The position numbers were made by a program, and so were the translations under genes. Below, piece after piece: positions 49,047 to 62,254 of a stretch of 64,000 nucleotides of DNA; the first letter of the stretch is position 1; every line of letters starts with the position of its first letter. Source of the DNA: Squalus acanthias (Eukaryota); assembly GCA_030390025.1 (NCBI GenBank), contig CM059431.1:128218001-128282000 (forward strand). The letters run 5' to 3'. The notes below the pieces were generated by a model. It was not told the origin of the DNA. It saw only the letters and a list, made by a program, of their open reading frames with translations, and made no database searches.

Positions 49047-50789
49047 TTTATCTTTAATTTTGCTTTTCAATTTTGCATCTAGCACTAGTAACCATTCCTC
49101 TCTTACAAAAATGTTTCCAACTTTTGTTTAAATTCCTCTAATATTATAACTTTAATCACTTTAGGTGATAGTTTAATCCATATGTTCCTACCTTATTGGC
49201 AAAGAACTAATGCTTAATGTGAACCTTTCCCCATATGTACATATTCGTGCTCTATACCCAGCTTAAAGAACTTTAAATTTCCATTTATCAATTTCTCTCT
49301 CCAGTTTAACACATGTACCATTTATTTCCTTAACCTTTTCTCTCATAAGACAAGTTGAACTCTTTCAATCTAACTCTAGCTCATTAATCTGAGCCCAAGA
49401 AACCTCTTAGCTGTTCTGCACTGTACTTTCACCAAAATAATTGCACTCATGTCAGAGTGAAGACAACCATAATAGGTGTCAGAGACTATAAGTTGAATGA
49501 AGATTGATTTCTTTAACTACAAATTAACCTCATCAAAGGAAGAAGATAAAGTAACAACCAAGGTGTGACAAAATTTAAGCACTTTTTCCATGATGAGTTA
49601 TAGTACTGGTTTCTTTCTTCCTGTCATGGTCTATATATGGGGTTAAAAGCTAGGTTGACTCACAGAAATTGGTCTAGCTTGTTTTGATGCACAAGCCCCC
49701 AGTTATATTTGGTCAGGTATCTGAGGGAGAGGGTGCATGTCATTCAATTCAAATACAAGCATGTTTGGGTTTTGTTTATATATGCGCTTGATATATGTTT
49801 GAGTAATCTGTCTGAAGCCATCAGAGACTGTGAGAGAGAGAGTTAGGCCAGAGATTTTGCATGGATAGTCAACAAAAAAACATTAAATAGAAATAAAATA
49901 GAAATGTCACCACCCTGTATCTAACCACTGAATCTATCTATTGATGCAACTATTTATTGCAGCTGAGAGCAACCTACAGAGGTAAGTTATTGTCAGAAGT
50001 GATGGACAGACTGTATGATGTAACTCCATGCTAACCCATTATTGTACAATCTGGAGAATCTTTTGTAACCCAACGGGCAGTAGTTTACCTTCTGAAACAA
50101 CAATTGCAATCAATGACTTGTTTTATTACACTCAGTGGTAGGTTGAGTGGCCACGTCTTTCACCCACTAACTTGTTAATTCTAAAATGGAAAAGCATTCC
50201 ATCCTAGTGATTTTGCAGCACCGGTTTAGATGTCATGGGGGTAGATTTCATCTGGGAGAAATGTGCTACAAAACTGTAAATGTGTTTATAAAAAAATACA
50301 TTTAAGATTTCACTACACATAGTACACAGAAAACATTTTCCTCTATCTGTTACTTTGAAACAGTTAGATTTGGAATTATTAGTGAGAGGATTATCAGCTA
50401 AAGCTATTCCGTTAAATTGTAATTGTACAAAGGGTTGTTTAAACATCATCTGTTATTAATTTTAAATCATCTGTATGTACCAACACAGTTTCAGCCAGCA
50501 TAAGTAAAGGTGAAATAATCTCACGTCTGTCCTTTCTCAGCAAGTTTGTCTCTGGCAGCTGTCAATCAGACTGAAATAGGAAATTATGTTCAAATTGAAG
50601 ATTACTGAAGCTTGCAGTTTTCTAAAATACTGACTTAATCCGTCCAGCGGATAAATGACTTAAATGAGGAGGCAAAAGTATGTAAAGATTCCGACATAAT
50701 CAATTATAGTGCACCTTTTCCCATAAACTTGACTGGCCTATCTGAGCCCTTTTTAAGTAATTGTATTTGACTCTTTCTCATCTAAGCCA

Positions 50790-52772
50790 ACCAGGCTAGA
50801 AAAAGCAGCAAACCTGAGGATTGGGAGCAGTTTAGGATTCAGCAAAAGAGGACAAAGGGATTAATTAAGAGGGAGAAAATAGAGTATGAGAGTAAGCTTG
50901 CAGGGAACATAAAAACTGACTGTAAAAGCTTCTATAGATATGTGAAGAGAAAAAGATTGGTGAAGTCAAGCGTAGGTCCATTGCAGTCAGAATCAGGGGA
51001 CTTTATAATGAGGAACAATGAAATGGCAGACCAATTAAATACATACTTTGGTTCTGTCTTCACAAAGGAGGACACAAATAACCTCCCAGAGATGTCGGGG
51101 AACAGAGGGTCTAATGAGAGGGAGGAACTGAATGAAATCAGTATTTGTAGGGAAATGGTGTTAGGGAAATTGATGGGATTGAAGGCCGATAAATCCCCAG
51201 GGCCTGATAATCTACATCCTAGGGTACTTAAGGAAGTGGCCCTAGAAATAGTAGATGCATTGCTGGTCATCTTCCAAAATTCTATAGACTCTGGAACAGT
51301 TCCCATGGATTGGAGGGTAGCTAATGTAACCCCACTATTTAAAAAAGGTGGTAGAGAGAAAACGGGGAATTATAAGCCTGACATCGGTAGTGGGGAAAAT
51401 GCTAGAGTCCATTATAAAAGACGTAATAGCAGAGCACTTGGAAAACAGTGACAGGATCGGACAAAGTCAACATGGATTTACAAATGGTAAATCATGCTTG
51501 ACTAATCTACTGGAATTTTTTGAAGATGTAACTGGTAGAATAGATAAGGGAGAACCAGTGGATGTGGTGTATTTGGACTTTCAGAAGGCTTTCGATAAGG
51601 TCTCGCATAAGAGATTAGCGTGCAAAGTTAAAGCACATGGGATTGGGGGTAAGGTACTGACTTGGATAGAAAACTGGTTGGCAGACAGGAAGCAAAGAGT
51701 TGGAATAAACGGGTCTTTTTCCGAGTGGCAGGCAGTGACTAGTGGGGTACCGCAGGGATCGGTGCTAGGACCCCAGTTATTCACAATATATATTAATGAT
51801 CTAGACGAGGGAACTAGATGTAATATCTCCAAGTTTGCAGACAACACAAAACTGGGTAGGAGTGTGTGCTGTGAGGAGGATGCAGAGAAACTCCAGTATG
51901 ATTTGGACAGGTTGGGTGATTGGGCAGATGCATGGTAGATGCAGTATAATGTGGATAAATGCGAGGTTATCCACTTCGGTGGCAAAAACAGGAAGGCAGA
52001 TTATTATCTGAACGGCAATAGATTGGGAAAAGGGGAACTGCAACGAGACCTGGGTGTCCTTGTGCACCAGTCACTGAAGGTAAGCATGCAGGTGCAGCAG
52101 GCGGTTAAGAAGTCAAATGGTATGTTGGCCTTCATAGCGAGAGGATTCGAGTACAGGAGCAAGGATGTCTTGCTGCAGTTGTACAGGGCCTTGGTGAGAC
52201 CACACCTTGAGTATTGTGTGCAGTTTTGGTCGCCTTATCTGAGGAAGGATGTTCTTGCCATGGAGGGAGTGCAGCGAAGATTCACCAGACTGATACCTGG
52301 GATGGCTGGAATGAAGTATGAAGTGAGATTGGATCGTTTGAGCTTGTATTCGCTAGAGTTTAGAAGAATGAGAGGGGATCTCATTGAAACTTATAAAATT
52401 CTAACAGGACTAGACAGACTAGATGCAGGAAGGATGTTCCTGATGGCGGGGCAGTCCAGAACCAGGGTTCACAGTCTAAGGATAAGGGGTAAGCCATTTA
52501 GGATTGAGATGAGGAGGAATTTCTTCACCCAGGGAGTGGTGAACCTGTGGAATTCTCTACCACAGAAGACATTTGAGTCCAATTCATTAAATATATTCAA
52601 GAAGGAGTTAGATATATTTCTTAAGGCTAAAGGAATCAAGGGATATGGGGAGAAAGCAGGGACAGGGTACTGAATTTGGATGATCAGCCATGATCGCATT
52701 GAATGGCGGAGAAGGCTCGAGGGGCCGAATGGCCTACTCCTGCTCCTATCTTCTATGTTTCTATGTTTCTAT
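50790..52772 (+). mobile_element. CR1 LINE fragment (tether, RT, 3' tail), relatively young
   Basis: Long RT frames 50942-52673 and a (TTTCTATG)n tail. Confidence 0.9.
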
Positions 52773-52939
52773 GTCATGCTTACCCATCTAAATGAAGACC
52801 TCAATGAACTGGAGAATAAGGTCACCAAGCAACGCAGTACTGACCAATACAGGCCAGAGGCTGCGGTATCAACTTCTAGGCTGTGCTGAGTTATCTGATC
52901 TCAGGTAACTGGCATAGCGGTTGGGACAGTTCTGAGAGA

Positions 52940-54010
52940 TGAGCCGATAGAGGTCTTTCAAATTATGAAGGGGTTTGATAGGGTAGACATAGAGAAGATG
53001 TTTCCACTTGTGGGGGAGTCCAAAACTAGGGGCCATAAATATAAGATAGTCACTAATAAATCCAATAAGGAATTCAGGAGAAACTCTTTACTCAGAGAGG
53101 GGTGAGAATGTGGAACTCGCTAGCACATGGAATGGTTGAGGCAACTAGCATAGAAACATTTAAGGGGAAGCTAGATAAGTACTCAATTTAGAAGGAAGTG
53201 ACTAGTGGTGTCCCACAAGGATCTGTGCTGGTGCTTCAACTATTCACTAATTTATTAATGACTTAGATAACACAATAGAGAGCCATATATCCAAGATTGC
53301 CACTGATGCAAAGATTGGTGGCATAGTAAGTGTAGATGGGAGCATAAAATTACAAAGAGACATTAATAGATTAAATCAGTGGGCAAAGCTGTGGCAGATG
53401 GATTTCAACGCAGGTAAGTGTGAGGTCATCCATTTTGGAACAAAAAACGAGAGATCTGAGAACTTTTTAAATGGTGAAAAGCTAGGAATAGTGGAGGTCC
53501 AAGGAGATTTAAGGGTCCATGTACACAGATCCCTAAAATGTAGTAGTCAGCTACAAAAACAATCAAAAAGCTAGTGGAATGTTAGTCTTTATAACTAGAG
53601 GGTTGGAATATAAAAGGGAGGAAGTTTTGCTACAGCTATGAACAGCCCTGACTAGATCACATCTGGAGTACTGTGTACAGTTCTGGGCACAGCAACTTAG
53701 AAAGGATATATTGGCCTTGGAAGGAGTGCAACGCAGATTCACCAGAATGCTACCAGGACTCCAAGGGTTAAATTATGAGGAGAGCTTACACAAACTGGGT
53801 TTGTATTCACTGGAATATAAAAGGTTAAGGGGTGCTTTGATTGAGGTTTTTAGGATTTTGAAAGGAATTGATAGGGTAGATAGAGAGAAGCTTTTTCCAC
53901 TGGTGTGGGACTCTAGGAGATGGGGACATAACCTTAAAATCAAAGCCAGGCCATTCAGGAGTTCGGAAACTCTTTTTTATGCAAAGGGTGGCAGAAATGT
54001 GGAACATTCC
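52940..54010 (+). mobile_element. Two adjacent decayed CR1 fragments
   Basis: ACTAGTGGTGTCCCACAAGGATC (SGVPQGS) and ALEGVQRRFTRMLPGL. Confidence 0.75.
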
Positions 54011-54062
54011 TATCCAAATTTATAAATTAAATCTTGACATAATGCATACAAAAATAAACTAA

Positions 54063-57000
54063 TCATCCCGTAGTGTGTCTTCTGTGTGTCTTTGCCTCTC
54101 CTAGTGCTCTATGAGATGCTTCCCCAGTGGCTACAGCGTGGCTGGTGGAAGGTTGCTGACCTTCAGTTGATAAGACTGCAGAGGGCCTTGGAGGACAACC
54201 TCGAACAGCCCTGGACCTAGAAAGCCTGGCTACAGACTGTACCATCTCGGCCTGAGCTGCAGCAGTCTGGGCTGGCTGGCTGATAGGCAACAGCAAGGGC
54301 ACTGGTGGAGTGGCAGGGGTGGGAGCACGAATGATGTCATCCTGAGGGGACAGGAGGACCGTCCTCCATTGAACCACTGCCACTCTCCCAGGGCAGCGCC
54401 TCAGCAATCCTAGTACTGTACTCTGTTGGAGAGAAGATTTCTGGACAGCTGTGATGCCCTGGAAGCTCCTTTGAACAGTGGTTTCCAGAGCCATGATGGC
54501 AGCAGTCTCAGCTTCCATTGCAGCACCAACAGCGGCCACTGTTGGCTGGCCGCTGTTTGTGCTGCAATGGAAGCTGAGACATCGGCCATCAGATGCTGCA
54601 TCATGATTTGTTTCACAGGTGTGCTGTTGAAGGTAGCCACCCATTTCATTTTGGAAAGGATGGACTCCAAACTCTGTGCAAAGGCCTGTGTCAAGTTGGT
54701 GCCCGACTCATTCATTCTCTTTGGGGGGCAATTTTCCCACTGGAGGCGGGATGGAGGCGGGTTTCAGTTTGGGTGGGTTTGAAACCCGCCTCCACTGATA
54801 GGTTTCAAAAATTTGCGATTTCTCCATGATTAGCCACTTGATTTCAGAGGTGTGGGATGCCCTTGCTCAATTAGTGTTTTGGGACTGAAACTTGCCTCTG
54901 TTGACAGGACTTTTCCAGTCTGATTTTATGGCTTCTTGCTCCCTTGGCTCATTCCACAGCATTTCTGCGTCTCCTGCACCACCTCCAACATCTTTTGAGA
55001 AACCACTATGTCCAATTCCAAGGCAAGGGCCTACCCGAGGCTTTCGGATGAGGCGCTGCAAATGTTGTTTGAGGGGGTGACAGCTAGCATGGAGGTGCTC
55101 TTCCACTCATCTCGGAGGAAGAGGCCTGCCAAAGAAACCAAGGCTGTGTGGGTACAGCTGGCAAGGGATATAACCTCCAGATCTGAGTGCAGATTGGGAG
55201 ACTGTTTCTGTGTATTGATGAAATGCCATCCCTGTTGGAAAGCATTAAAATGATTTGAAGCCAAAATGTTGGCATTATGCCATCTGTTATTTCGCCTTTG
55301 GCAGCTCCACATTGTGGGCACCGCCACACTTGCATTGTCAGGTTGGTGGCCTGAGTGAAAGGAGGCCAGAGAGTCATGTCCATTGTCAATGATGTCCTCG
55401 GATGGAGCAAAGGACATGTGCCAACTTGGGCAACTTATGCAAATCTGGCCATGATAAGTTCATCCCTTGCATCGCAGGCAGCCATGTGCTCGCGTGCTGC
55501 CGCTGCCGCTAGTCGATACACCAGTGCTCTGACCTCCTCCTGCTCCTCCTCCTCCTCCTCCTCCTCCTCCTCCTCATCCACATCTGAGGTCCATGCAGAA
55601 AGAAAACAAATGGTTCCCATGCTGCTTGCAGATGCCTCCTTTGGGGAAGCGCTCATTACAAGCGGGGAGAGGGTCTTCCAAGGAGGTCCCACAGTTGATG
55701 GAGTCAAGCTGCAGCACCTCCGACTTTGGAAGGCCTTTTAAAAGTGCTCAGAGACCTTTTAAAGCCAAGGTCTGGCACCTGCAAGCAATCCTTGCTGCAA
55801 TAAACAATGTCTTGTTAGACCTGCAGCAGTGAGGAGGCCACCCACGAGTCAACCCGCCAGGTTTACCTGGCCTAGTTTAGGAGGTGCGTGGATCACACCA
55901 CATGCAGATCTTGCCTCTACACTATCCTTTAAATTATGCGCAGTGTCAATATCTGAGCTGGTGGCTGCGACTGTGAAATCGAGTTATGGTATGTCTTCAT
56001 CTTCACTCTCTTCTTCCTCTTCGTTCACTGCCTGGGCATGTTACAGTTCTTGGGTATCTGAAAGGAAAAAGGGACAAGGGTTGGGTTGTGGTGAGGGGAG
56101 AGGAGAAAGTAATAAATGCATGCTTACACCATCTGCAGCTTCTTTGTCAGAAGAGATCGTGGGATGAGGGAGAAGTGGGATGAGAGAAGGAGGATTAGGC
56201 ATGCGGATACCCTCAGCTTCATTGGCTTCGGCCCCGCCAGTGGCCACGGCCTCAGCAATGGCCCTTCCCATAACAGCCAGCACCATCTCCTCAGTGGGGG
56301 TTAGAACATACAGGTGCACACCTCACCTTCCGGTTATTTCCTGCTGCCTCCAGTTGTGCGCCAACTTCTCCTGCAAAAGAGAGGGAAGTGTGTCAGTGAG
56401 TGTTGTGCAATCTGTGTGGCTGATGTGGCTGTCATGGCTGAATAACTGGCAGTGTGTGCAAGCTATGAGATGTGGGTTTGAGGCTTGCAACAGTGCTAAG
56501 TGTGTGCGGGTGAGGTGAAGCAAATGAATATTAGGTATGAGTTCTGATTGATAGAGATTGTTGGTAGGTGAGTGGTGGGAGTGTGGTGAATTGAGCAGTG
56601 GCTGAGACTAGTGGTGCAGTTGGTAGGATATGGCATTTGACGATGCATTCACTGACCTTGACTACTTGTGTGAGATCATTAAACTTCTTTCTGCACTGCA
56701 TCCATGTTCTTACAGCTATACTCTGGGCATTGACCTCCTCCGCTATCTCTTGCCATTGCCTTCTGAGCCTCCCTGAGGGTACAGGACATCTCTCGTCCAT
56801 TCCAGCTCTTCAAGCAAGACCTCCAGTGCAGCTTCTGAAAAACTTGGTGCCCACGCTCTCCCATGGTCAGCCATTGATGATTGATGCACAGCGCACTATT
56901 CCCAATAATCTCAGCACCTCCAGCAGCCACAATGCACCTCCCATTTAAGAAGTGCAGGCTAGTTTTAAACAGTACTAGGCACTAATGATGCAGGGCTCCC

Positions 57001-57140
57001 TGCTGATGCGTGCAGCCAATGAACAGTACAGGGAGCGCTGGCTGCAAGCAAAAATCATGGTAATGTGCAGGCAGCCCAAAGTTGGCGCCCTGTTGCATTT
57101 CAATCACGGGCGCGGGCTAATCGAGGGTTATCCAATTTAA
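54063..57140 (-). mobile_element. Decayed Harbinger Myb-like gene region with a second Harbinger derivative inside (from about 54723)
   Basis: WQEIAEEVNAQSIAVRTWMQCRKKFNDL at about 56650-56760 (-), with intron positions like the 22.4 kb copy. The inner element has TIR GGGGGGCAATTTTCC, a plus-strand Myb start (PRLSDEALQML) and a minus-strand acidic transposase tail. Confidence 0.65.
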
Positions 57141-57143
57141 CTC

Positions 57144-57462
57144 GGGCAACACGGTGGCATAGTGGTTAGCACTGTTACCTCACAGTGCCAGGGACCCGGG
57201 TTCGAATCCGGCCTCGGGTGACTGTCTGTGTGGAGTTTGCACATTCTCCCCGTGTCTGCGTGGGTTTCCTCCGGGTGCTCCGGTTTCCTCCCACAGTCCA
57301 AAGATGTGCGGGTTAGGTTGATTTGGCTATGATAAATTGACCCTTAGTGTTAGGGGGGATTAAATAAGTGGGGTTACGGGGATAGGGTGGGATATGTGTC
57401 GGTGCAGGCTCGATGGGCCGAAATGGCCTCTATCTGCACTGTGGGGATTCTGTGATTCTGTG
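57144..57462 (+). mobile_element. HE1-like V-SINE, full length
   Basis: tRNA head with A/B boxes, V-core, GGGCCGAAATGGCC hairpin and (GATTCTGT)n tail. Confidence 0.9.
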
Positions 57463-58396
57463 AACTCCCAGAATCTCTTTTCTTTTTGTGTCACACAATT
57501 TTTTGTCCACCCAAACTCCCCAGAAGAACTTGGAGTAATTTTCAACTTGTGAGCAGGCGGAAAACCACGAGTAGCGATCGGCCACCCACTATACACCCTG
57601 CCCATGGAAAGGAAAATCAGACAGGGTGTATAATGGGCAGCCGATCTGCTACCCTCAGTTTTCCGCCTCCCCCAAATGTTAAAATCAGCCCCATTGATTC
57701 CTTGTTGTGATACAGTTCCAGCGAATCCTTGTGGTCATTATTCAGCTGTGAGCTTTAAATTGAGTCTTAGCAAGCTATTCAACAAAAGTCTATTCTCCCC
57801 ATCCCTTAATGTTCACACGACATCCAGAGTTTAAAATATAGTGATCAGGACTGGGCACACTGGCTAATCTTTTCCTCCCAAACCCATCGCTACTAAGAGC
57901 AATTGTAGAAACTCTGTGACACCTCAATTGAGATCAGCTATTTCAATCTGGTCCTTCCAGGTCTGAAATGCATGGGCCTGTTAGCATCTGTAAAGAGAAA
58001 TGACAGGTTAGTATTTTGGATGTGGTCCTGTTGTCAGAACTGGAAACTGGAAGATAAACAAGTCCTTTAATGGAACTGAACAACATAAAGCTGAAACATA
58101 CAGGTTTATGCTCTGGATTGTTTAGCAGCTCACACTATATACTTGTTAGACTTTCATGCCAGTGGACCTTTCTGCTATTTATGAATCTTCGGTTCCCTTT
58201 GTTTTTGCTTGCCTTCTCAATTGTTTTGTTAATTTGAATGCATTTTGTTAATACTTTTTTTATCTTTCCAAGTAAAGAAAAGATTGAAGGAACAGTAGCA
58301 GGGATAAGGCAATTGTGGGGCGAAATTCGCCTCCTTTGCGCCGCCGTTAGTGCCTCGGGATGCAAAGGGCTTATCGCCGGGCGGGGGCGCTAATAG

Positions 58397-60057
58397 TGTA
58401 AGGGATTCTGACCCTGCGTGTCTCGCAGCCTGTGAGATTCACGCGGCTCTGTGCAGCCTGTATGTCAGTGCGGGTTTAGGCCTTGTTGCCTGTTCTGGTC
58501 TCCAGCCAGTCTGGGAGCACTAGACACACCTGTGAGTGGTTCGAATCACTCGCCCTTACGGTTCTAGACACTGGACTTAGATGCGAGAGCAGTAATGGAG
58601 ATGAAACTCATGTAGACTCGGTTGAATGGTACGAAATGGAAAATCTTTATTGCATGATATTTAAGATTATGAAATACATGTCATAAGCACAGATTAATGA
58701 CAGTACAATCATACAAGCAGTTATATAGCTGATCCTAGGGAAACGAGGAACGAACGACACACCGTAAATAGGGGCACACATTACAAGTATCCTTAATAAT
58801 TAAACCCTCCCCTATCAATATCTGTCCTAACTAGATTCGTAGGATTTCGAGACTCATGCTCACCACTCGTGATAACTCGGAGAAATTCCGAATAGTTGAT
58901 CGGATGTTTTTCACCGCAGCACCCACGTGTCGGTCAGGAGATCTCCTGGTCCCACTTGTTTACTTGCTTCTGCTCCGGCTAGCAGGCTGGACCGTCTGCT
59001 GTGATGAAGATCTGTGTTGGTTGGTTTAACAAGTACTTTTCCGAGCAGGTTTCACAGTTCAGTCAATATCATCGATGATGAACCGTTCTTGCAAGTTCAA
59101 AGAAGTCTTCCTGGCAAGGAAAACTTGGCTATTCGACCTACAGGCGCGGTCGGGATTTACTGACCGTGGCGATGAGTATGGTCTTCCTCTCTTCTCATCT
59201 CATCTCATCTCATCTCATCTCATCTCATCTCGGGCCTTTGGTTCCGCTGCCAGTTACCAACATAGGTCTTCGTTACGCGACACGAGGTAGATCCGAACGG
59301 ATCAGAAAGTTCAACAGTCTTTTTCAAAAAGGCACCAGGCAAACAGGAACCAGACTACGAGTCAAAACGCAGGAGCAGCCACGAGGTTACGAGTCGATCG
59401 GATAAGAGAATAAGAGGATAAGAGAAAGATGGATGGTTGGAGCTTGTAATTATAGTACAAAATCTTCCGTTTCCCGCCCAACCTTAATGTCCTTTCTTTT
59501 GTTTGGGTCTGGCGCTCAAATGTCTTGTATGGGTGATCTCCGTTCTTAATGGGTTTCGGGGCTACTCGTAACTGTCTGAGTACCTGTTAATATTTCTCCC
59601 ATTGTTAAATCGGTCGGTGTTCTCCCTGGAGGGGTTTTGGGGCTTCCAAGTGTTTTGTATAACTACCTGCTAACGGCTCTCTCATCGTAGAGTCGTTGGG
59701 ATTTTACATATTAATGTCTTTTGGATGGGCCCTTGATTACTCGGTACAATAGCTTTCATTCGTACCTGGGAGACCGATTTCAGTATTTATGTGTATACTG
59801 CAAACCCATGATGTCTCGTGTATTATCTTCAATGTGCTGAATCTTAATCGATCTTGCACAAATGTTTATTGGAACGCCATCTTGTCTGCCTGTCGAAAAG
59901 TCTAGAATGTTCTGTCACGAGGTGCGGCGGCCATTTTACAGGCTGCTTGTGTCCACTTTGAAAAACCTGGCAGCATTCTGCTGAAATAAAAGCTGTTTGA
60001 ACGAAACTCTGTGTTTTCTCCTTATTAATAAAATCGCGATATATTGCGAATTCTACA
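58397..60057 (-). mobile_element. Solo LTR (1661 bp) of an ERV or LTR retrotransposon
   Basis: TGTA...TACA termini and a 4-bp TSD ATAG (58393-58396 and 60058-60061). Orientation is tentative, from a minus-strand TATAA near 59450 and AATAAA near 58647-58652. Confidence 0.75.
59193..59231 (+). repeat. (TCTCA)n pentanucleotide microsatellite
   Basis: Directly visible, inside the LTR. Confidence 0.95.
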
Positions 60058-60689
60058 ATAGCGCCTGCTGAGAAATTCCCTTACCACCCCACGGCAGAAA
60101 TTCAGTTGCGCCCCGCAAGGCTGCCGCAGGCGATGTCAGTGACAGCCTCGTGGGTTGTGAACCGGGCCGCACACCGCTGGTGGGCCGCTAATTAAAGGGG
60201 TGGTCCAGTTGCGCCTCACGCCGACATTTTTTATTTTGCCTGACCTCCAGGTCAGCCCCTCTTGGCAGCCCTTGGTGTGGTCCATGGCCGCCATCGCACC
60301 ATGCGGTGCCGGGCTGCGGCCGCGACCGCGACACCACGCCGCCCTGGTGGACTAGTTTGGACCATCGGAGGCCCTGCAGAGTGCGCAGCGGCCCTCCCCT
60401 TTAACGGAAGGGGAGGAGCGCTGAAACGTGTCAGCGCTATGTAGAGTGGACATGCAGCGCTCCGGCGCTACTGCGCTTTGCGCCCCAGACACCGCCCCGA
60501 GAGGAAGTGGAGCGCCCGAGATAGCGCAGGAGGTAAGTCTAATTTAGCGGCCGGGGCGGTACTCCCGCCCAGGTCGCTAATTGTCTGACGCTAATTCGGT
60601 TACCGCCCCCAAACGGGACATAACTGAATTTCGCCCCCTTGATGTTTAAAAAGAGGTACAGCATCACACTTTATGAACGATGTCAAGGC

Positions 60690-61165
60690 CTTCGAGAGAG
60701 TGCAGAGGAGATTTACTAGAATGGTACCAGTGTTGAAAGACTTCAGTATGTGCAGAGACTAGAGAAATTGTGCTGGTTCTCCTTAGAGCAGAGACGGTTA
60801 AGGCGAGATTTAATAGATGTGTTTAAAATCTAGAAGGGTTTTGACAGAGTAAATACAGAGAAACTGTTTCCATTGGCAGAACGGTCGGTAACCAGAGGAC
60901 ACAAACTTAAGGTAATTGGCAAAAGAACTAGAGGGGACATGAGGGACAAAAAAAATTTACACAGCAAGTTTTTATGATCTGGAATGCACTGCCTGAAAGG
61001 GTGGTGGAAGCAGATTTAATAATAACTTTCTAAAGGAAATTGGATAAATAATTAAAAAGGAAAAATTGCAAGGCTATGGGGAAAGAACAGGGGAGTGGAA
61101 CTAATTAGATAGCTCTTTCAAAGAGCTAGCACAGACACGATGGGCTGAATGGCCTCTTTCTATGT
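60690..61165 (+). mobile_element. CR1 3' fragment
   Basis: Homologous to 42215-42700. Confidence 0.8.
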
Positions 61166-62254
61166 CAGCATAGGATAAAATGGAAAATAAGGAAAAGAAA
61201 CAAAAAATGAATAGAAATAAAACAAGAGTTGAATCAAAATCAAATTTACTGGTCAAAACTTAAATGGGCCAAGACAGCAAGGATCAGAGAATACTAAAGG
61301 ACAGTCTGAAACTCCTCAGCACTAATCTGTGATGGAATAGGCTCCAGAATGAAAGTACAGTCATTTTCACAGTATGGTGGTTCATATACAATGTGTGGCA
61401 GTGAGCCGTGCTACGACACCTCTGGAAACTTTTCCGCTGCTTCTGCACAAGCATCAGATGAAATGGATTACAAACAACCTACTTTTATCAACATTCAGAA
61501 CAAAATAAATGGACACATCTAAATTATTTGTGTTACATTTCACGTAAAACAGTTTTTCATAGGAAAAAGCACATTTTCTACTATACTACTCTACAGAGCT
61601 GCGAGAGGTAGATTACAGAGGTGTTTGACAAGAGTAGATTTTAGAACCTGATGCATCGCATGAATTATGCATTCAAATAAGATATATAATAAGCACTGAA
61701 TGCTATCATTACAGTGTCCTGTAGTTGCACTGTCCATGGGTTTAGTGGTGAACCCTGAATTGATCTGGTTGCTGTGTAGTCTCATCATAAAGTACTTACA
61801 CAGATTTCTCTGGTCTGACAAGAATGCATTTATGATTTTTACAGAAATACCTATCATTCCCGAAGCTCTGCACCACTGGGGTTTTCATCGCATCATGTCT
61901 GGGTCTGTTGTAGACTAACTGATAGAGATTGATTTGTTCTTAATCATTGTAAAGTCCTGGAAGTTATTTGGTAGGCCAAGAATTCTCCTGTAGTACTGAC
62001 TTTAAGGTACATTTATCCTCCTAAGGGGTTGCTTTTTTACTTCCCATGTTTTTATTTGAAGTGGCTTTCACTTCCCTCCAAAAGGTTTTTTCTGCTATCT
62101 TAAAAATCCCATGAGCAGAGATTAAAGTTAAAAGTTATAACACAGTTTCTGGACTGCAATAAGAGGAGCTTAGAACAGTAGGGGTGTTTCTGTGATCCAA
62201 GGCTTCCAACAGAGAATAGTGTTTGCATGAGCTGTATCTCAGGAATTTGTGGAA

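Larger units (their letters stand above)
58316..60638. mobile_element. Harbinger-like MITE hosting a solo LTR
   Basis: TIR GGGGCGAAATTC / GAATTTCGCCCC with TTG duplicated (58313-58315 and 60639-60641). Confidence 0.8.

Noticed and set aside
57144..57215. tRNA gene
   Set aside because: The A/B boxes are followed by a V-SINE core and LINE tail, so this is a SINE head. The same applies at 41800-41873 and 63864-63935.
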